A stretch of DNA of 64,000 nucleotides, from NCBI RefSeq assembly GCF_963921235.1, contig NC_086108.1, positions 83,702,001 through 83,766,000 on the forward strand. Reading direction: 5' to 3'. The stretch comes from Mobula hypostoma. Taxonomy: Eukaryota. Made by a program: the position numbers and the translations under genes. Positions 11,941-25,031 of this stretch are shown here, one piece after another. The notes beneath the pieces are model-generated. The model made no database searches. It worked only from the letters and a program-made list of their open reading frames with translations, and had not been told where the DNA came from. Numbering within the stretch: position 1 is the first letter of the stretch; each line of letters starts with the position of its first letter.

Positions 11941-12530
11941 CGTGAGTGGACGTTTGGTGGGTGTTCAGTGCCCACTACCTGCTCTCTCCCCTTCTTGCCC
12001 ACTGCTGCCGGAGAAAGCTGTCTGCCTGTGACCGGTTTTTCTCTCCCTCTTGCTTGTTGCTCCTGGGCGAAGCTCCCTGCATGCGAATGGCCTCTCTCTC
12101 ACCCCCTCTCACTCGATGGTGCTGTAGTCTTGGGTCCTTGGCAAGGTTTAACCATTGCGGTTGGTGGAAAGGACTCTGTAGTTCATGTTATGATGTGTTT
12201 CTAGTTGCTCCTTGTTTGGTTGCTATTTTGTGTGATTTTGAACAGGGTGGATTGTCTCTGCAGCTTGCAGATGATGAGGACACAGTGCTGGGTTGGTCCG
12301 AACTGAGCATGACTCTTTTGATGACTGTGGTTTGGTGTTTTATATTCTGTGTTTTTGCTCCTTTTTGCCATTTGGAGATTTGCTCTTTTTATGCGTTTTG
12401 AAAGTTTGATGATTTTTTTTTGAACAGGTTCCCTGGTTTTCCTTGTTTCCTGATCGTCTGTGGAAAAATGAATCTCAGGGTTGTATACTGCATACATATT
12501 TTAATAATAAATGTACCTTGAATCTTTGAA
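11941..12530 (+). mobile_element. Non-autonomous retroposon with Rex1/Babar-type 3' tail
   Basis: 3' end aatgaatctcagggttgtata...aataaatgtaccttgaatctttgaa is shared with tails at 18962-19037 and 46667-46760; non-coding body. Confidence 0.65.
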
Positions 12531-12874
12531 ATAAAGTTATAATCTATGCCTCATTAGTCATGTGTGATGATTCTAAAACCTCATGAGTTCAGAAGATTTT
12601 TTTCTCCCTTTCCCCTTGTTTATTCCAGTGGGAACCCTTGATTTCCAGCCCCTGCTCCATGGCTACCATGAAGAAGACAATTCTTCAGTAAACAGAGTGA
12701 GGTCTATCTTGTGCTGTTCCTGGCCCTGTGGCAAATTTGTCTTCTACATATCCATTGTACCTCCAAGATGACCAGAACCTTGTGGGTTAGACACATCTCA
12801 AACCATCTGACTAAGTGCATCTTTGCGTTAGTACCTCCAGTTGAACTCAGTCTTTTTGTGTGTTTCCCCCTAGC

Positions 12875-13314
12875 TGTCAGTCTGTGGTGTTGTATTGCCA
12901 TGTGCTCCTATCCCCGCTCCTGCTCTACTCCAGCCTCTGTATTACTGAGTACTCTGTCTCTCATCTGTTTCTCATTATTACCTGTATTGCTGCCACCTGT
13001 GTCTCATTGTGCTCCACCTATCATCTGCCTCTCTGTTTATTGCTCAGTGTATTTCAGTCCTGTGCTTTCACCTATTTGTTGCAGATTGTACCAGTGAATT
13101 TTCCTGAGCCTTTCCAGCATTCATATCTGCACTCTGTCAATCTGAATATTGACTCTGCCTGTTTTCTGATTCCGGTTTTTGGATTTCTCTGAACAATTTG
13201 ATCTCTGCCTGAACTTTGGCAACTTTTTCGCACCTTGGGATTTGTTACTCAATTAGTATCACTATGTGCACAGTCCTGGGTCTGTGATTGGATCCCTGCT
13301 CCAGCGTTCTGACA
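12875..13314 (+). mobile_element. Probable solo LTR (440 bp, Gypsy-like), no TSD
   Basis: 6-bp inverted termini TGTCAG...CTGACA; pyrimidine-rich body with repeated cacctg/cacct motifs; flanks tagc and cttt differ. Confidence 0.6.
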
Positions 13315-14480
13315 CTTTGCTCTATCATCTGCCTACTTTTCCTCTCAAACTCCCTACAAGCTGTCTCTATTTGTGTGCTAACCACCCCATCCTCTGCCTC
13401 TTAACTTCAGTTCCCAACTGCTGCAAATCTAATTTATCCCTCCCCAATAGCATTAGCTATTGGTTTCCCTCCAGTTCAGGTACAATCTGTCCCACGTGTA
13501 CAGGTCACCCTTTCCCCTGAAAAGATTTCAATGATCCAAATACTTGAAACCCTGCCCCCTGCACTGTCTCCTCAGCCACTCATTCATCTGTGCTATCTTC
13601 CTGTTCTGACCTTCCTTAGCCCATTGCACTGGGAGTAATCTGGAGATTACCACCTTGGAGGTTCTGTTCTTCAGCCTCCTTCCTAACTCCCTAAACTTAC
13701 TGCGCAGAACCTCTACCCCTCTCCTGCCTGTGTCATTGGTACCAACATGTACCACAACCTCTGGCTACTCACCCTCCCCTTCAAGAATATTCTGCAACCA
13801 CTTGGAGACATCTTGGACCCTAACACCTGGAAGGTAACACACTATCTGGGCATCTCTTTTGCTACTGCAGAATCTCCTATCTGTCCCCCTAACTATCATT
13901 GCTCTTCCTGACTTCACCCCATCCTTCTGAGGCTCAGAGCTGACCACAGTGCTATTAGTCTGGCTGCTGCTGCCTTGCCCAAATAGGTCATCCCCCTCAT
14001 CAGTATCTAAAGGGGTATACCTGTTGCTGAGGGGAATGGCCACGGGGGACCTTGCACTAATTACTTTCTCCCTTTACCTCTCTCGGTGTTCGCCATCTAC
14101 TCCCTGAATTCTGCACTCCGGGTGTAATCACCTGCTCAAAAGTCTGAGCTACCAATTGCTCTGCCTCCCAGATTATCCTTAGTTCATCCAGCTCCAGCTC
14201 CTTAATGCGGTCTTTCAGGAGCTCAAATTGGCTGTTCTTCCTGAAGATGCAGTTCTTCAGGGAGATGATCAGGTTCCATGATTTCTCCTATCCAGGAGGA
14301 GCATTCCACAGCCCTATCTGCCATTCTGCCTGCACTGTACTCTGGGCAACCAGGACCAAATCAGCAATAACAAGAGGAAAAACCCTACCCTTCTTACCTG
14401 TTTCGTTGGCCTCAGCCTCTTGTTGAAGCCTCCAGACTCTAAGAGTCTACTCTGACTCTAGCCCCTACTCGACGATGGCT
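13315..14480 (-). mobile_element. CR1 LINE 5' part: degenerate ORF1 (zinc finger + SGNH esterase-like domain) and start of ORF2
   Basis: IPLSNRY, CYLPGVRVQDV, VHVGTND, VVISRLLPV motifs on the minus strand. Confidence 0.88.
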
Positions 14481-14843
14481 GCTCCAATGATGGCTATTCT
14501 GCTAGACCCTAGCTCTCTTCTATGATTTAAAAAATAAGAAAAACCCCCACGCAGGGAGAAAAAACTCATTGTGTTTGATGGTGCTGATGCCTCTGACATT
14601 TCCTGTTTCATTATTCAATGGGAATTATTCAATTATTCAATCTTCATTATTTCAATAGGAATGGAATATTTAGTCACATGATGAGGGAGCTGATGCTCAG
14701 ATATCATGTGCTTAAAATGTCACATGATCAAACCACCAGGGACGCCTCCAGCCAGAACTGGTATCTGCACTGGCAGCCTGTCAGCAGATTTCTTAACTGC
14801 TTCTCACTACATTGACAGTATCAAGGACTAGTATAGTAGATGT

Positions 14844-15060
14844 CTTCTCTGAGGATTGTCACCTTGTTACGATGGAGAGATTTATAAGCTCCCGAGATCC
14901 CAAAAGCAATGCCTTCTGGCGCTTAGCTTCGAGTAGTAAGGTCAAAGGGGAGGTTGCAGACAAAGATCAATCCATCCACAACCTCAACAGTGGAGCTGAC
15001 CAAAGATGATGACACATAAAAGCAACAGAGAAGGATCTCTGGTCATCTGGACTCTGCCCT
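14844..15060 (+). mobile_element. Degenerate RTE-type 5' UTR fragment (related to 53245-53663)
   Basis: ggattgtcaccttgttacgatggagag...gagatccc...gacaaag aligns by eye with the reverse complement of 53527-53663. Confidence 0.7.
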
Positions 15061-15199
15061 CGTTCTGTCAAGGATTGTGTGGTGGCTGCCCATGCATCAG
15101 CCTCCCCATTTTACACACAGTCACACACAGGCATTCTCCATCAAGGGAACCCACCCTAATGTACTAGCTATGTGGATCCTGGATCAGCCTCTACAGCTG

Positions 15200-16910
15200 A
15201 TGTTTTCGATATTGAGGGTGAGTGCAGAGCACACCAGCACGGCAACATGCAGGACCTTCAACTGAACCTCTTGTACAGTATGGGGACTCCTCCCTTGTGG
15301 GAGTGGCTAACTAAGTGGCATAGGAATACCACTATTAACTACCACTACACCTCCCTTTCTTTGGGGGGAGAAAAGAAAACGAGGTATGTACTTCTCGTCT
15401 ATAGAACTACATTGAAATTAGAGTCACTGTAATTGCACTATTCAGCTCACTTTACCCAAAGCATGCAAGTTATGCTCCTTACATAAACATTAAAAGAATT
15501 GCCAACATTATAACTGTCTTTCTCTTTGTTGTTAACAGTCTCTCTCTTTGTTTTCCTTTCTTTTTCTTTAAGAACAGTCTCATTCTGTGAAATGTTTTCA
15601 ACATTAGAACTTTTTTTAAAAACAAAATTGAATTTAATGTAAGTCAGGGTTGACTACCTAAGCACTCCAGCAAAGTGAAAGGATTATTCTGCCTCTTTAG
15701 TCACTTGCCTTAATGTATTAGGGTATGGACTATATCTCTCTGGTGGGGCAGATAAATGTGCAATCTGGTATAGGTTCCAGAAAGTGACGAAGCAGATGGA
15801 GATTCTTGAACAGGTGCATCTACCTCGTCATAAGGATCAGGCCACTCCATTTCTTTCTCTACCCTTCGTGGACTTTGAAAGCACACAAGTGCATGCCTGT
15901 TCCATCTGATTTCACCTTGTGCTGTTCTGATCACAAGCGAACGGTAGTCTGAACGCTGCCAGACTACTGTACCTTTGGTGGATTGGTCTAAAACCCAAAC
16001 AGCTTCACCACTCCCGAGCGGCGACAAAGATTTTGCTCTGTGCCTGAGATTATGCAAGCTCTTCATTTTCTCAGTCTGCATTGTCTCAACATTTCTCACT
16101 TGGCCTATATCCGGTAAGAGTGGATGAAGAAGGGAAAGAAGAACGGGAAGGCTTGTTCTCGGTCTCTAGCCATCGACAGCTCTGAACTGAAGCCATTTGT
16201 AAGAGGTGTGGAGCAGTAGGCTAACAGTGCTTCTTTGAGGTCTTTCTCCTTCATAGGAGACTCTTAACAGTTCTGCTTCTTCATTTGCCTGTGGGTACTG
16301 TGGACTGCTTGTTTGGTGTTTGATCTCATTTTCCCTAGCAGAGACTTTGAATTCTGAGCAGCTGAATTGTGGACCATTGCCTGACACAAGGGTCTCTGGT
16401 ATTCCATGGTGAGTGAATCCTGCTTTTGGATGCTGTACAACTGCTGCTGAGGATGTAGAGGACAGCTCGGACACCACAACATTCCATAAGTAGTGATCCA
16501 CAGTGAGAAGATATTTGTCTCTCTCCAGCTCGAAAGTGTCTGTGTCCGCAACTTCCAATGGAAAGTCTGGGAATTCTGTGGGACAGAGAGATTCAGCATG
16601 ATTTTTGCACAGTTTTATGCATGCCCAACATTGCTTTACATAATCTCCCAGATGTGTGCTCAGACCAGGTTACTACATGGATTGCCTTGCTCTTTGGCGA
16701 CACCTTTCAATACCTTGAGGTACTTGGTGGATTTGACTGATGATTTTGATGTGCATAGAAGCAGGAATGACGAGTATGGAGCCCTTTAGCAGCAAACCAT
16801 CAAGAATGGTGAGTGTGTCTTTCTGGCCTGTAAGGTCTGAGTTTGTGAGCTCCTTTTGGAACAGCCGACCATCTATGTTCACAGTATTGCATGACCTTGC
16901 TGCAGATTTC
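15200..16910 (-). mobile_element. Gypsy (Ty3) LTR retrotransposon 3' remnant: degenerate integrase, PPT and short 3' LTR (~15200-15349)
   Basis: LLLKGSILVIP...IHQVPQGIERCRQRAR (zinc-binding region); YLLTVDHY, HGIPETLVSGNGPQF, SSPQYPQANEEAE (rve core); PPT AGAAAGGGAGG (15350-15360) immediately before TGTAGTGG. Confidence 0.88.
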
Positions 16911-17727
16911 AATAGGTACATTTAATGTCAGAGAAATGTATACAATATACATCCTGAAATTCTTTTTCTTCACAAACAAAAACAAAGGAGTGCCCCAAAG
17001 AATGAACAACAGTTAAGCATTAGAACCCCAAAGACCCCCACCAGCTCCCCCTTCCACGCACAAGCAGCAGCAAAGCAATGTCCCCCCAACCCCCACCAGC
17101 TAAAAACATCAGTGACCTCCACCAAGCATTCGAGTGTGCAGCAAGCATCAATAAAGACACAGACTTGCAGTACCCCAAGGACTACTTGTTCACCCAGTTG
17201 TTCGACATACCACCAGCTCTCTCTCTCCTCCTAATAAAGGAAAAAAGGGTGTCCCTATTTCACAGTGAGAGGGGAGACAACTCGCTGAACTATGACATTA
17301 AAAGTCTGTTGCGTCACCTTTTCCGAGCTCTGCGCCCGGAGAGTCAGCCCTGGAAAGGCACAGCTCTTTGGGCACACAAACCCCGGCAGCTAACCTGCTG
17401 CTCCCAATGTTTTGTGTTCTCCCACAACACTTCAGTCAGGGGCACCAGCCTAGAATCAGCCCATCTCCACAGCCACAAAAATCCAGAACCCTGTAGGGGT
17501 GCTAGTCTTCCAGGCCCTGATATCAAAAAGCGGCTAGTCATGAGGCCCTGAGAGCGAGACTTATTCCTGCACAGAACTGAAGTCAGAGCGTAACTCCAGG
17601 TGAGGGTTTTCAGAAGAACCCCAAAAAAGGAAAAAAATAAATATCAAAGATAGAAATAGAACTGTTTCCGAAGATGTGAGCAAAGGAGTCACCGTTTACC
17701 AGCATCTTGACTTTGCTCCACCCCTCC
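16905..17727 (-). mobile_element. Non-autonomous retroposon (AAGATG-containing head, Rex1-like tail) abutting the Gypsy fragment
   Basis: Minus-strand 5' ggagcaaagtcaagatgctgg; 3' aagaatttcaggatgtatattgtatac...attaaatgtacctattgaaa. Confidence 0.6.
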
Positions 17728-17789
17728 AAGTCTGAGATTTGGTCTTTTTTTTTCCAAGTCAGCAAATGCTCTCATTGGTGCTCCTGTAA

Positions 17790-18600
17790 CATTCAATGAA
17801 GATGGGGGGGAAGGGGGAGCCTTAATCTCCCTAGGATGTGGAGGCCCTGCTGTGCCTTCTTATTCAGGGAGGTGACAATGAGGAACCAAATGAGCTCATC
17901 TGTGATGTGAACACCCAGGAACTTGGTGCACTTAACTCTCTCTACAGAGGTGCCATGTAGTCGGAGAGGGAAGTGCACACTCACACAGTTCTTTTGCCTC
18001 CCTGATGCTGCAACCACTGTGTGAATCACCTTCACTTTGTGCAATCTGAGCTAGGAAATGGAAATGGTTTGTTGTTGTAATGTGTACCAAATAATCATGG
18101 AAAATCTTTTGTTTGCATGCCATCCAGCCAAATCATTGCAGACATGAGTCCTGTATATTGAGCTAGTAAAAAAGAGATGAAAAACAGAATGTAGAGTATA
18201 GAGTTATTGCAGAGAAAGTGGAATGCAGGTGAAAAAATACAAGGGCCATGACAAAATAGATTGGGAATCTAAGAATTCATTCTTAAATGTATGAAGTCCA
18301 TTGAAGAGTCTGATAACAGTGGAATAGAAGCTGTTCTTGATGGCATGTGTACTCAAGGTTTTGTATCCAATAGGAAGGAAAGAAGAGAGAACGGGGGGGG
18401 GGTGGGCAAGGGAATAGGGATCCTTGATTACACTGCCTGCTTACCGGAGGAAATAGGAAGATTAAACAGTAACAATGGATGGGAGGCTGGTATGCATGAA
18501 GGACCGGGTTGTGTTCATAGCCTTCTGCAATTTCTTGTGATCTTGGGCAGAGCAGTTGCCATAGCAAAATTTGGTGCTTCTGGGTAGGAAGCTTTCACTG
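17790..18600 (-). mobile_element. Two Rex1/Babar LINE 3' fragments
   Basis: VERVKCTKFLGVHITDELIW...KKAQQGLHILGRL and YGNCSAQDHKKLQK motifs. Confidence 0.8.
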
Positions 18601-21600
18601 GTGAGAGTCCTGTCTGTCAGGCTTACACCAACAGAGCACAAGAAGGCACAAGGAAATTTGTTCATAGTTCACGATGAATCACAAATAATTCAAAAACAAA
18701 TGACAAAAGATTCACTGAATCACTAAGAATTACAAGCTAATCACAGATAACTAATAGGTATTTTTTTAATGTTCCTTGCAGTCTGCAAATTATATGGTTA
18801 AGTCAACAAAATGACATAAAAACATCCATGAACTTGGAACATTTGAATTTGCAATACGGAATTGTATAAATCCTAACAGTAACAGACAAAATTTAAATTA
18901 ATTCAGATTTTCAGGAGAAGTCCTACATTTGGATAATTTAAATTGGTATGAAACTTAGAATTTCAAAGTCCAAAGTTCAAAGTAAATTTATTATTAAAGT
19001 ATACATATGTCACCACATACAACCCTGAGATTCATTTAAAATGTAAACTCAATAAGTATCTAATATGTTTCAACATTCTGGGTTATCTCTCTGTTTTCCC
19101 TTTAGTAATTTCCACAAATAATCAAAAATCCAATAAATCCTCTGACTTAGTTACCATTCCACTTATAAGTTGACAGTGAATAATGCGACGATCTTTTAGA
19201 TTGCCAAAAGATCACTGATGCCACAATCAGTGAATAATGCTGCAAGTTTTCTTTGAGTGTTTCAATTATTTGCATCCATCATTTATTAGCATTGCTGCAT
19301 TTACAGTGTACTTGGCAGGTTCTAATATTACTTTCCTTACTACATCCCCAGAAGAGCTATGCCAAAGATGCTGATATCCTGATATTTACTTGGTAAGAGG
19401 TGCTAGCAACATCAAAGTTTTTACAATAATGTTTATTTTCTCCCTCTAAAAGCATTTATTATAAAGCAGTCAATTAATATTTATAAGATGCCATTCAACA
19501 TCATAAGGTATGTCAAACCACTTCTCAGTCCATTATGTACATTTGGAATGAAATTACAGTTGGAAAGTATAGTCACATAGTTTGGGCAACAAGACAAGAG
19601 AATCTATTGTTCTCAAGCTGGGGGTAAATGCTGACCAAAACAAAAGAGGACTTCTCTTGTTGTTGTTGCTAAAGAACCCATGTGATCCTGTATATGCACC
19701 CAAAATGGAGACTTGGATTCAAATCTCTCATGAAATTTGTAAATTTGCAGTGAACCACTTCAGCAGTCCCTGAACCAGAGCTGTCCTTAAGTCACGGTGT
19801 GAAGACTTCTTTTAGGAAAAGCGTGAATACTTAATGAAGTGAAAGCTGTGTTCTCAACTGGAGCAGCCTGATAAACACAAAAGCTACTGGAGCAGGTCAG
19901 AAGCAGAGTATTTTATAGTGAATAGCTCATGTCCTGATTCTCCAGGGTCTTACAGCCACAAGATGCAAGTGAAATGCACAAAGAATGCTCTCAACATGCC
20001 TGGATGAGTTCAGCTACCATTTAAAGAAAAATGTAACAACATCTAGGACAAGGTTATCTCCTTGATAACCTCCTTGATGATCGAAAGGCACTGCTATTCC
20101 TCCACCAATAGCCTAACATAGCTGCATTATCAAACAGATGTTCTGCAGAAAGTTACTGAGGCTTCTTCAAGGGTTCCCTCCAAGAGCAAAATTTGAGTCT
20201 GAAAGGCAACAGCTTTGTGACCAAGCATTATCAATGAAATTAACATTCAGGTCATATTTTAGCTGGGCTGCCAACACATTATTAGCCATGGTGCATTATT
20301 GCAAACTAACGTGGATTCTGTACAAGATGGCGTGCTGTTGATAAATAAAATGAAAAAATGCTTCAAACATCACTGCGAAAGTAATGACAAAGTAATCTTT
20401 TAATGATATTAGATGAGACTGAAATACAAATGGAACTTAAAAATCAAATTATGTAAGCTTTTATGTCCACCTGAAAAGGGAGTAATAGTGAAAATGGGAA
20501 GAAAATGACCCAGAAACGTCAATGGTCACTGTAGCAAAGGCTTCTCCATTTCCCAGATGTTCAGGAAATTCCCAGCATTCAGGAAACAAAATCTCATCAG
20601 GAAGGGTGAGCAAAGGGTATGCCATGTTAATGGAGTACCCATTAAGCATAATGTTGGGTTTTGCAGGGCCGATGTAGGTAACTCATCACAATTTCTTCAG
20701 AATTCTTCACTGATTTCCTTTGAGACAAATCAAAATATAGGAATGCTATTGTCACACTTTCCTCTTCTATAACATTTATCAGCAAAGTCCAGTTTCTTGC
20801 ATTATCCCTTCTTTGATCCTTGCAGCTGGGTGATCTAAGTCAGAATAGCACAGATAGCAATGTGATTTTCTCATTTGAAGAGGAAAGTACACTTAATTTG
20901 CAATTACACTTTAAACAAATAAAAAGTGTGGTAAAAAGGGTTCCCTCTAGTCAGGAAACCAAAACTAAGTCCCAAGCATATAAGATAGACATAAATAAAT
21001 CTAAAAAGAAAATCAGAAGAAACACCGTTGCCCGGTTATTGACAAGAAGGTAGAAAAGGGACTAGAACTGATGTATTTAGATGTAGCTATTAAAGCACAG
21101 GAGAGAAAGCTACACAATTGAGAGAGCTGGGTGAAAAGGTTGGGCTGGTATGAAGGTTGAAGATGAGTGAGAAAGCTAACATGTAGCAATAGTTATCCAT
21201 TGCAAATGCTAAAGCATGAACAGTTGTAGTGACTAATAGGACCCTGGATTAAAAAAATGAATGAATTATGGAAAACTCAGAATCTTTTCCATTCTTCAGG
21301 ATGAGATTGCATAGGCTGAGTTGTCCTTGTTAGCCACCCAGAGCCATAAAACACTGTAATATAAGGTTTCCTGAACAGTTATTTTATAGTTTTGAATGCT
21401 GCCTGAATAATAAATATATCTAGAATTCCTGAGTAGGTTATTGATTGTTTTAATGGACTGATCAATGAAAACAAACTTGCATCAATTTAAGTAAGTGTGT
21501 CAGGTGACAGTGAAAATGTCCAAGAAAATTATAGTTTGGAAGCCCTTGTATTTAATGCTGTTTAATATTGTTATTAGAATAAATTCCTCATTTGGTCCAT

Positions 21601-24600
21601 TAACTTGAATGTTTCACCAAGGAGCGTGGTCCTAAAGATATACCAACACACTCCTAAAGAACTAAGCTACAATTTAAAACCAATAATGACTCCTTTCCTT
21701 ATTCATTTACTTAAATAAGCAGAAATCTCTTCAACATTCTATTCAAATTGTTAATTCACATCAAATGCACTTCTATTACATCTCCATGGCATTAAATTTT
21801 TCATGCGCCACAGCCAGCTTCAACAGCAATTACTCAGTGTGCTCACTGGTAAAGATTTGCCAAAGACCCATTACTCTAGGACTCTGAATCGAGTGGCAAA
21901 GCCCAATATAGGTCCAGTGAAAATTACGCAATTTATGTGCCCACCAAAGCATAGGAAACAGACATAAATATTAGTGATTGAGCATCTGGGGCATATTTAC
22001 ATAAGCTCTCACATAATCACAGTTGTTTGCTTAATGATGTGCATCTGGAAAAATTTATTTCTCATGGAAATTGGCATATTGCTCTGGCGTCTGTCTGACA
22101 GACATACCAATGCAGATTTTATTCGAGATGGCATCTGAGGAACTTAATGATTTTCTATGAAGTTTTGATATTGAATATTGAGAAGTAGAAATAGGAACAG
22201 GTGTAGAAAATACGTTCTCTTAAACCTTTTTTAATACGTGTAGGCCTTCTGAATCTTGATGCAACATATCCTCAGTGCACAGGTCGGTGACTCCGAATTC
22301 GATAGTTATATAAATTATAAAAGTATATTTTCATCTTGATGACAAGGGAAATGTAATACTGGTCTGCAGATCAGCTGAAATAGGACTGACGAAATGCAAA
22401 CTGATGAAGTGAAGGGTTAATTCTTTAACTTCTACTTATCTATCTTAAGGAAAGTCCATCATTTTCATTGATTGCCCTGAACCAAACCTGTATAAAATTG
22501 GAGTGCCAAACTCAGTGTCTATTCTGAAATCTCTGCACAGCCTGCTAGAGGAAGATATTCCGAGGTCTGTCAGCTTGACAATTGTGTCTTTGACTCTAGG
22601 ACTGAAGTATAAGGAGGCGCGGCAATAATTAGAAATTGAAGACAAGTTTAAATAAGAAATTATTCTGTAGTATTCCTTAAGTTTAATGACTGAAGGTAAA
22701 TGAATTAAAACAACCTAATTCAAAATAGTATGCATTCATTACCATTTGTTAACATTTAATGCTGAAGTTCTACATTACGTTGAGCTCTGCATGTAGTGTA
22801 ACTAAACATTTATGTGTTCTCTACGTGATTGATTTATGTGGTATAAATTGCTGTTCAAGAATTTTTTTTGCATTTTTCATCCTTTTGTAATATTGTTGAC
22901 AAATTAGATACACTAAAGAACTTTTCATTTCACTAAGAAATAGATGGAATTTTTATTTTCATAACTGGAAGACAACATCCAGCACCTCTAATAGTGCAGC
23001 TGCCCCTGAGAACTGTACCACTGTACCAGCTATATTATGTGCACATAATTAAATTCTTTATCAAACTTTCTTAGTGCATTTAATGTTTCCAGATTGCTTA
23101 AACAAGTGTAGGTAAGTCAGTCCATTAAGCTGGAGTTATTTATCAGTTAACCCATCAGTGCCCTATATAATACACTAACCTAAAAATGTCGACTTTTAAT
23201 TGCATGTAAACATTAATCTACAGTTAGCCTGGGGTAGTATGAAGCCTACCCCTCATGATCTAAATCTAAATAAGCAGCATCATGATATTTGCACTGTAAA
23301 TCATAATAAATTCTCGTACAAATAATTGAACATGTAGATGCATCATACAAATACAAGGATAATCGCTAAAAAGAAACATAAGATATATATATATATGACC
23401 ATAAGAAATAGGAGCAGAAGTAGGCCATTTGGCCCATTGAGTATGCTCCGCCATTCAATCATGGGCTGATCCAATTCTTCCAGTCATTTCCCACTCCACT
23501 GCCTTCTCCCCATACCTTTTCACGTGCTGGCTAATCAAGAACCTATCTATCTCTGCCTTAAATGCACCCAATGACTTGGCCTCTACAGCCGCTCGTGGCA
23601 ATAACTTCCACAGATTTACCACCCTCTGACTAAAGTAATTTTTCCACATCTCTGTTCTAAATGGACGTCCTTCAATCCTGAAGTTGTGCCCTCTTGTCCT
23701 AGACTCCCCTACCATGGGAAATAACTTTGACATATTTAATCTGTTCAGGCCCCTTTTAACATTCAGAATGTTCCTATGAGATCTCCCATCATGCTCCTGA
23801 ACTCCAGGGAATACAGCCCAAGAGCTGCCAGACATTCCTCATATGGTAACTCTTTCCTTACTGGAATCATTCTCGTGAATCTTCTCTGAACCCTCTCCAA
23901 TGTCAGTATAATCCTTTCTAAAATAAGGAGCCCAAAACTGCACACAATACTCTTAAGTGTGGTCTCACGAGTGCCTTGTAGAACCTCAACATCACATCCC
24001 TGCTCTTCTATTCTATACCTCTAGAAATGATTGCCAACATGAATGGATTCACCTTCTTCACCACTGACTCAGCCTGGAGGTTAACCTTTAGGGTATCCTG
24101 CACAAGGACTCCCAAGTCCCTTTGCATCTCTGCATTTTGAATTCTCTCTCCATCTAAATAATAGTGCCCGTTTATTTCTTCCATCGAAGTGCATGACCAT
24201 ACACTTTCTAACTTTGTATTTCATTTACTACTTCTTTGCCCATTCCCCTAAACTACCTAAGTCTCTCTGCAGGCTCTCTGTTTCCTCAACACTACCTGCT
24301 CCTCCACCTATCTTTGTATCATCAGCAAATTTAGCCACAAATCCATTAATCCCATAGTCCAAATCATTGACATACATCATAAAAAGCAGCAGTCCCAACA
24401 CCAAACCCTGTGGAACTCCACTGGTAACCAGCAGCCAGCCAGGATAGGATCCAGTTATTCCCACTCTGTTTTCTTTTCTTTTTTTTTTAATTTTATTTTT
24501 TTATTTGGATAAGGAATTCACAATTATCATGTACTTTTTTCACACATATAACCTTTTCCATTTTTTTATATGTATAAAACTACAATTATTTATACATTCT

Positions 24601-25031
24601 TAAGTACACATTGAGATGATATAAAAGGAAAATAAACATTTAAATAGATAATTATGTACTGTGGTAAATCTAACCTATTAGGCTAAGTAATGAAATTAGT
24701 TGTTAAGAAAAATGGTAATAATAGTTTCCATACAACCCTTCTGGACCATTTCCACTGGTCCAAAATGTTGCACACAAGCCTATATACCAACCATTGTAGG
24801 TGTTTATATCCCAATTTGTTCATGCTTGTTCCTGCCCGCAGACATAATTATCCAATCCCTATGTACTTATTTACTTAATTTTTTCATTTTTTTTTATCCC
24901 TTTCCCAAATCTTTCCCTTTACTTGTGTTAATTCTCTATTTTCCAAAAAAAAACAAACATTTAGACTAGGGGTGTTTACGTTAGCAATATTACTGTGTTG
25001 ATGAGAAAAGCAATATAAATCATTAGGAGAG

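Noticed and set aside
17078..17551. 157-aa plus-strand ORF
   Set aside because: Antisense to a non-autonomous retroposon body; no domain features
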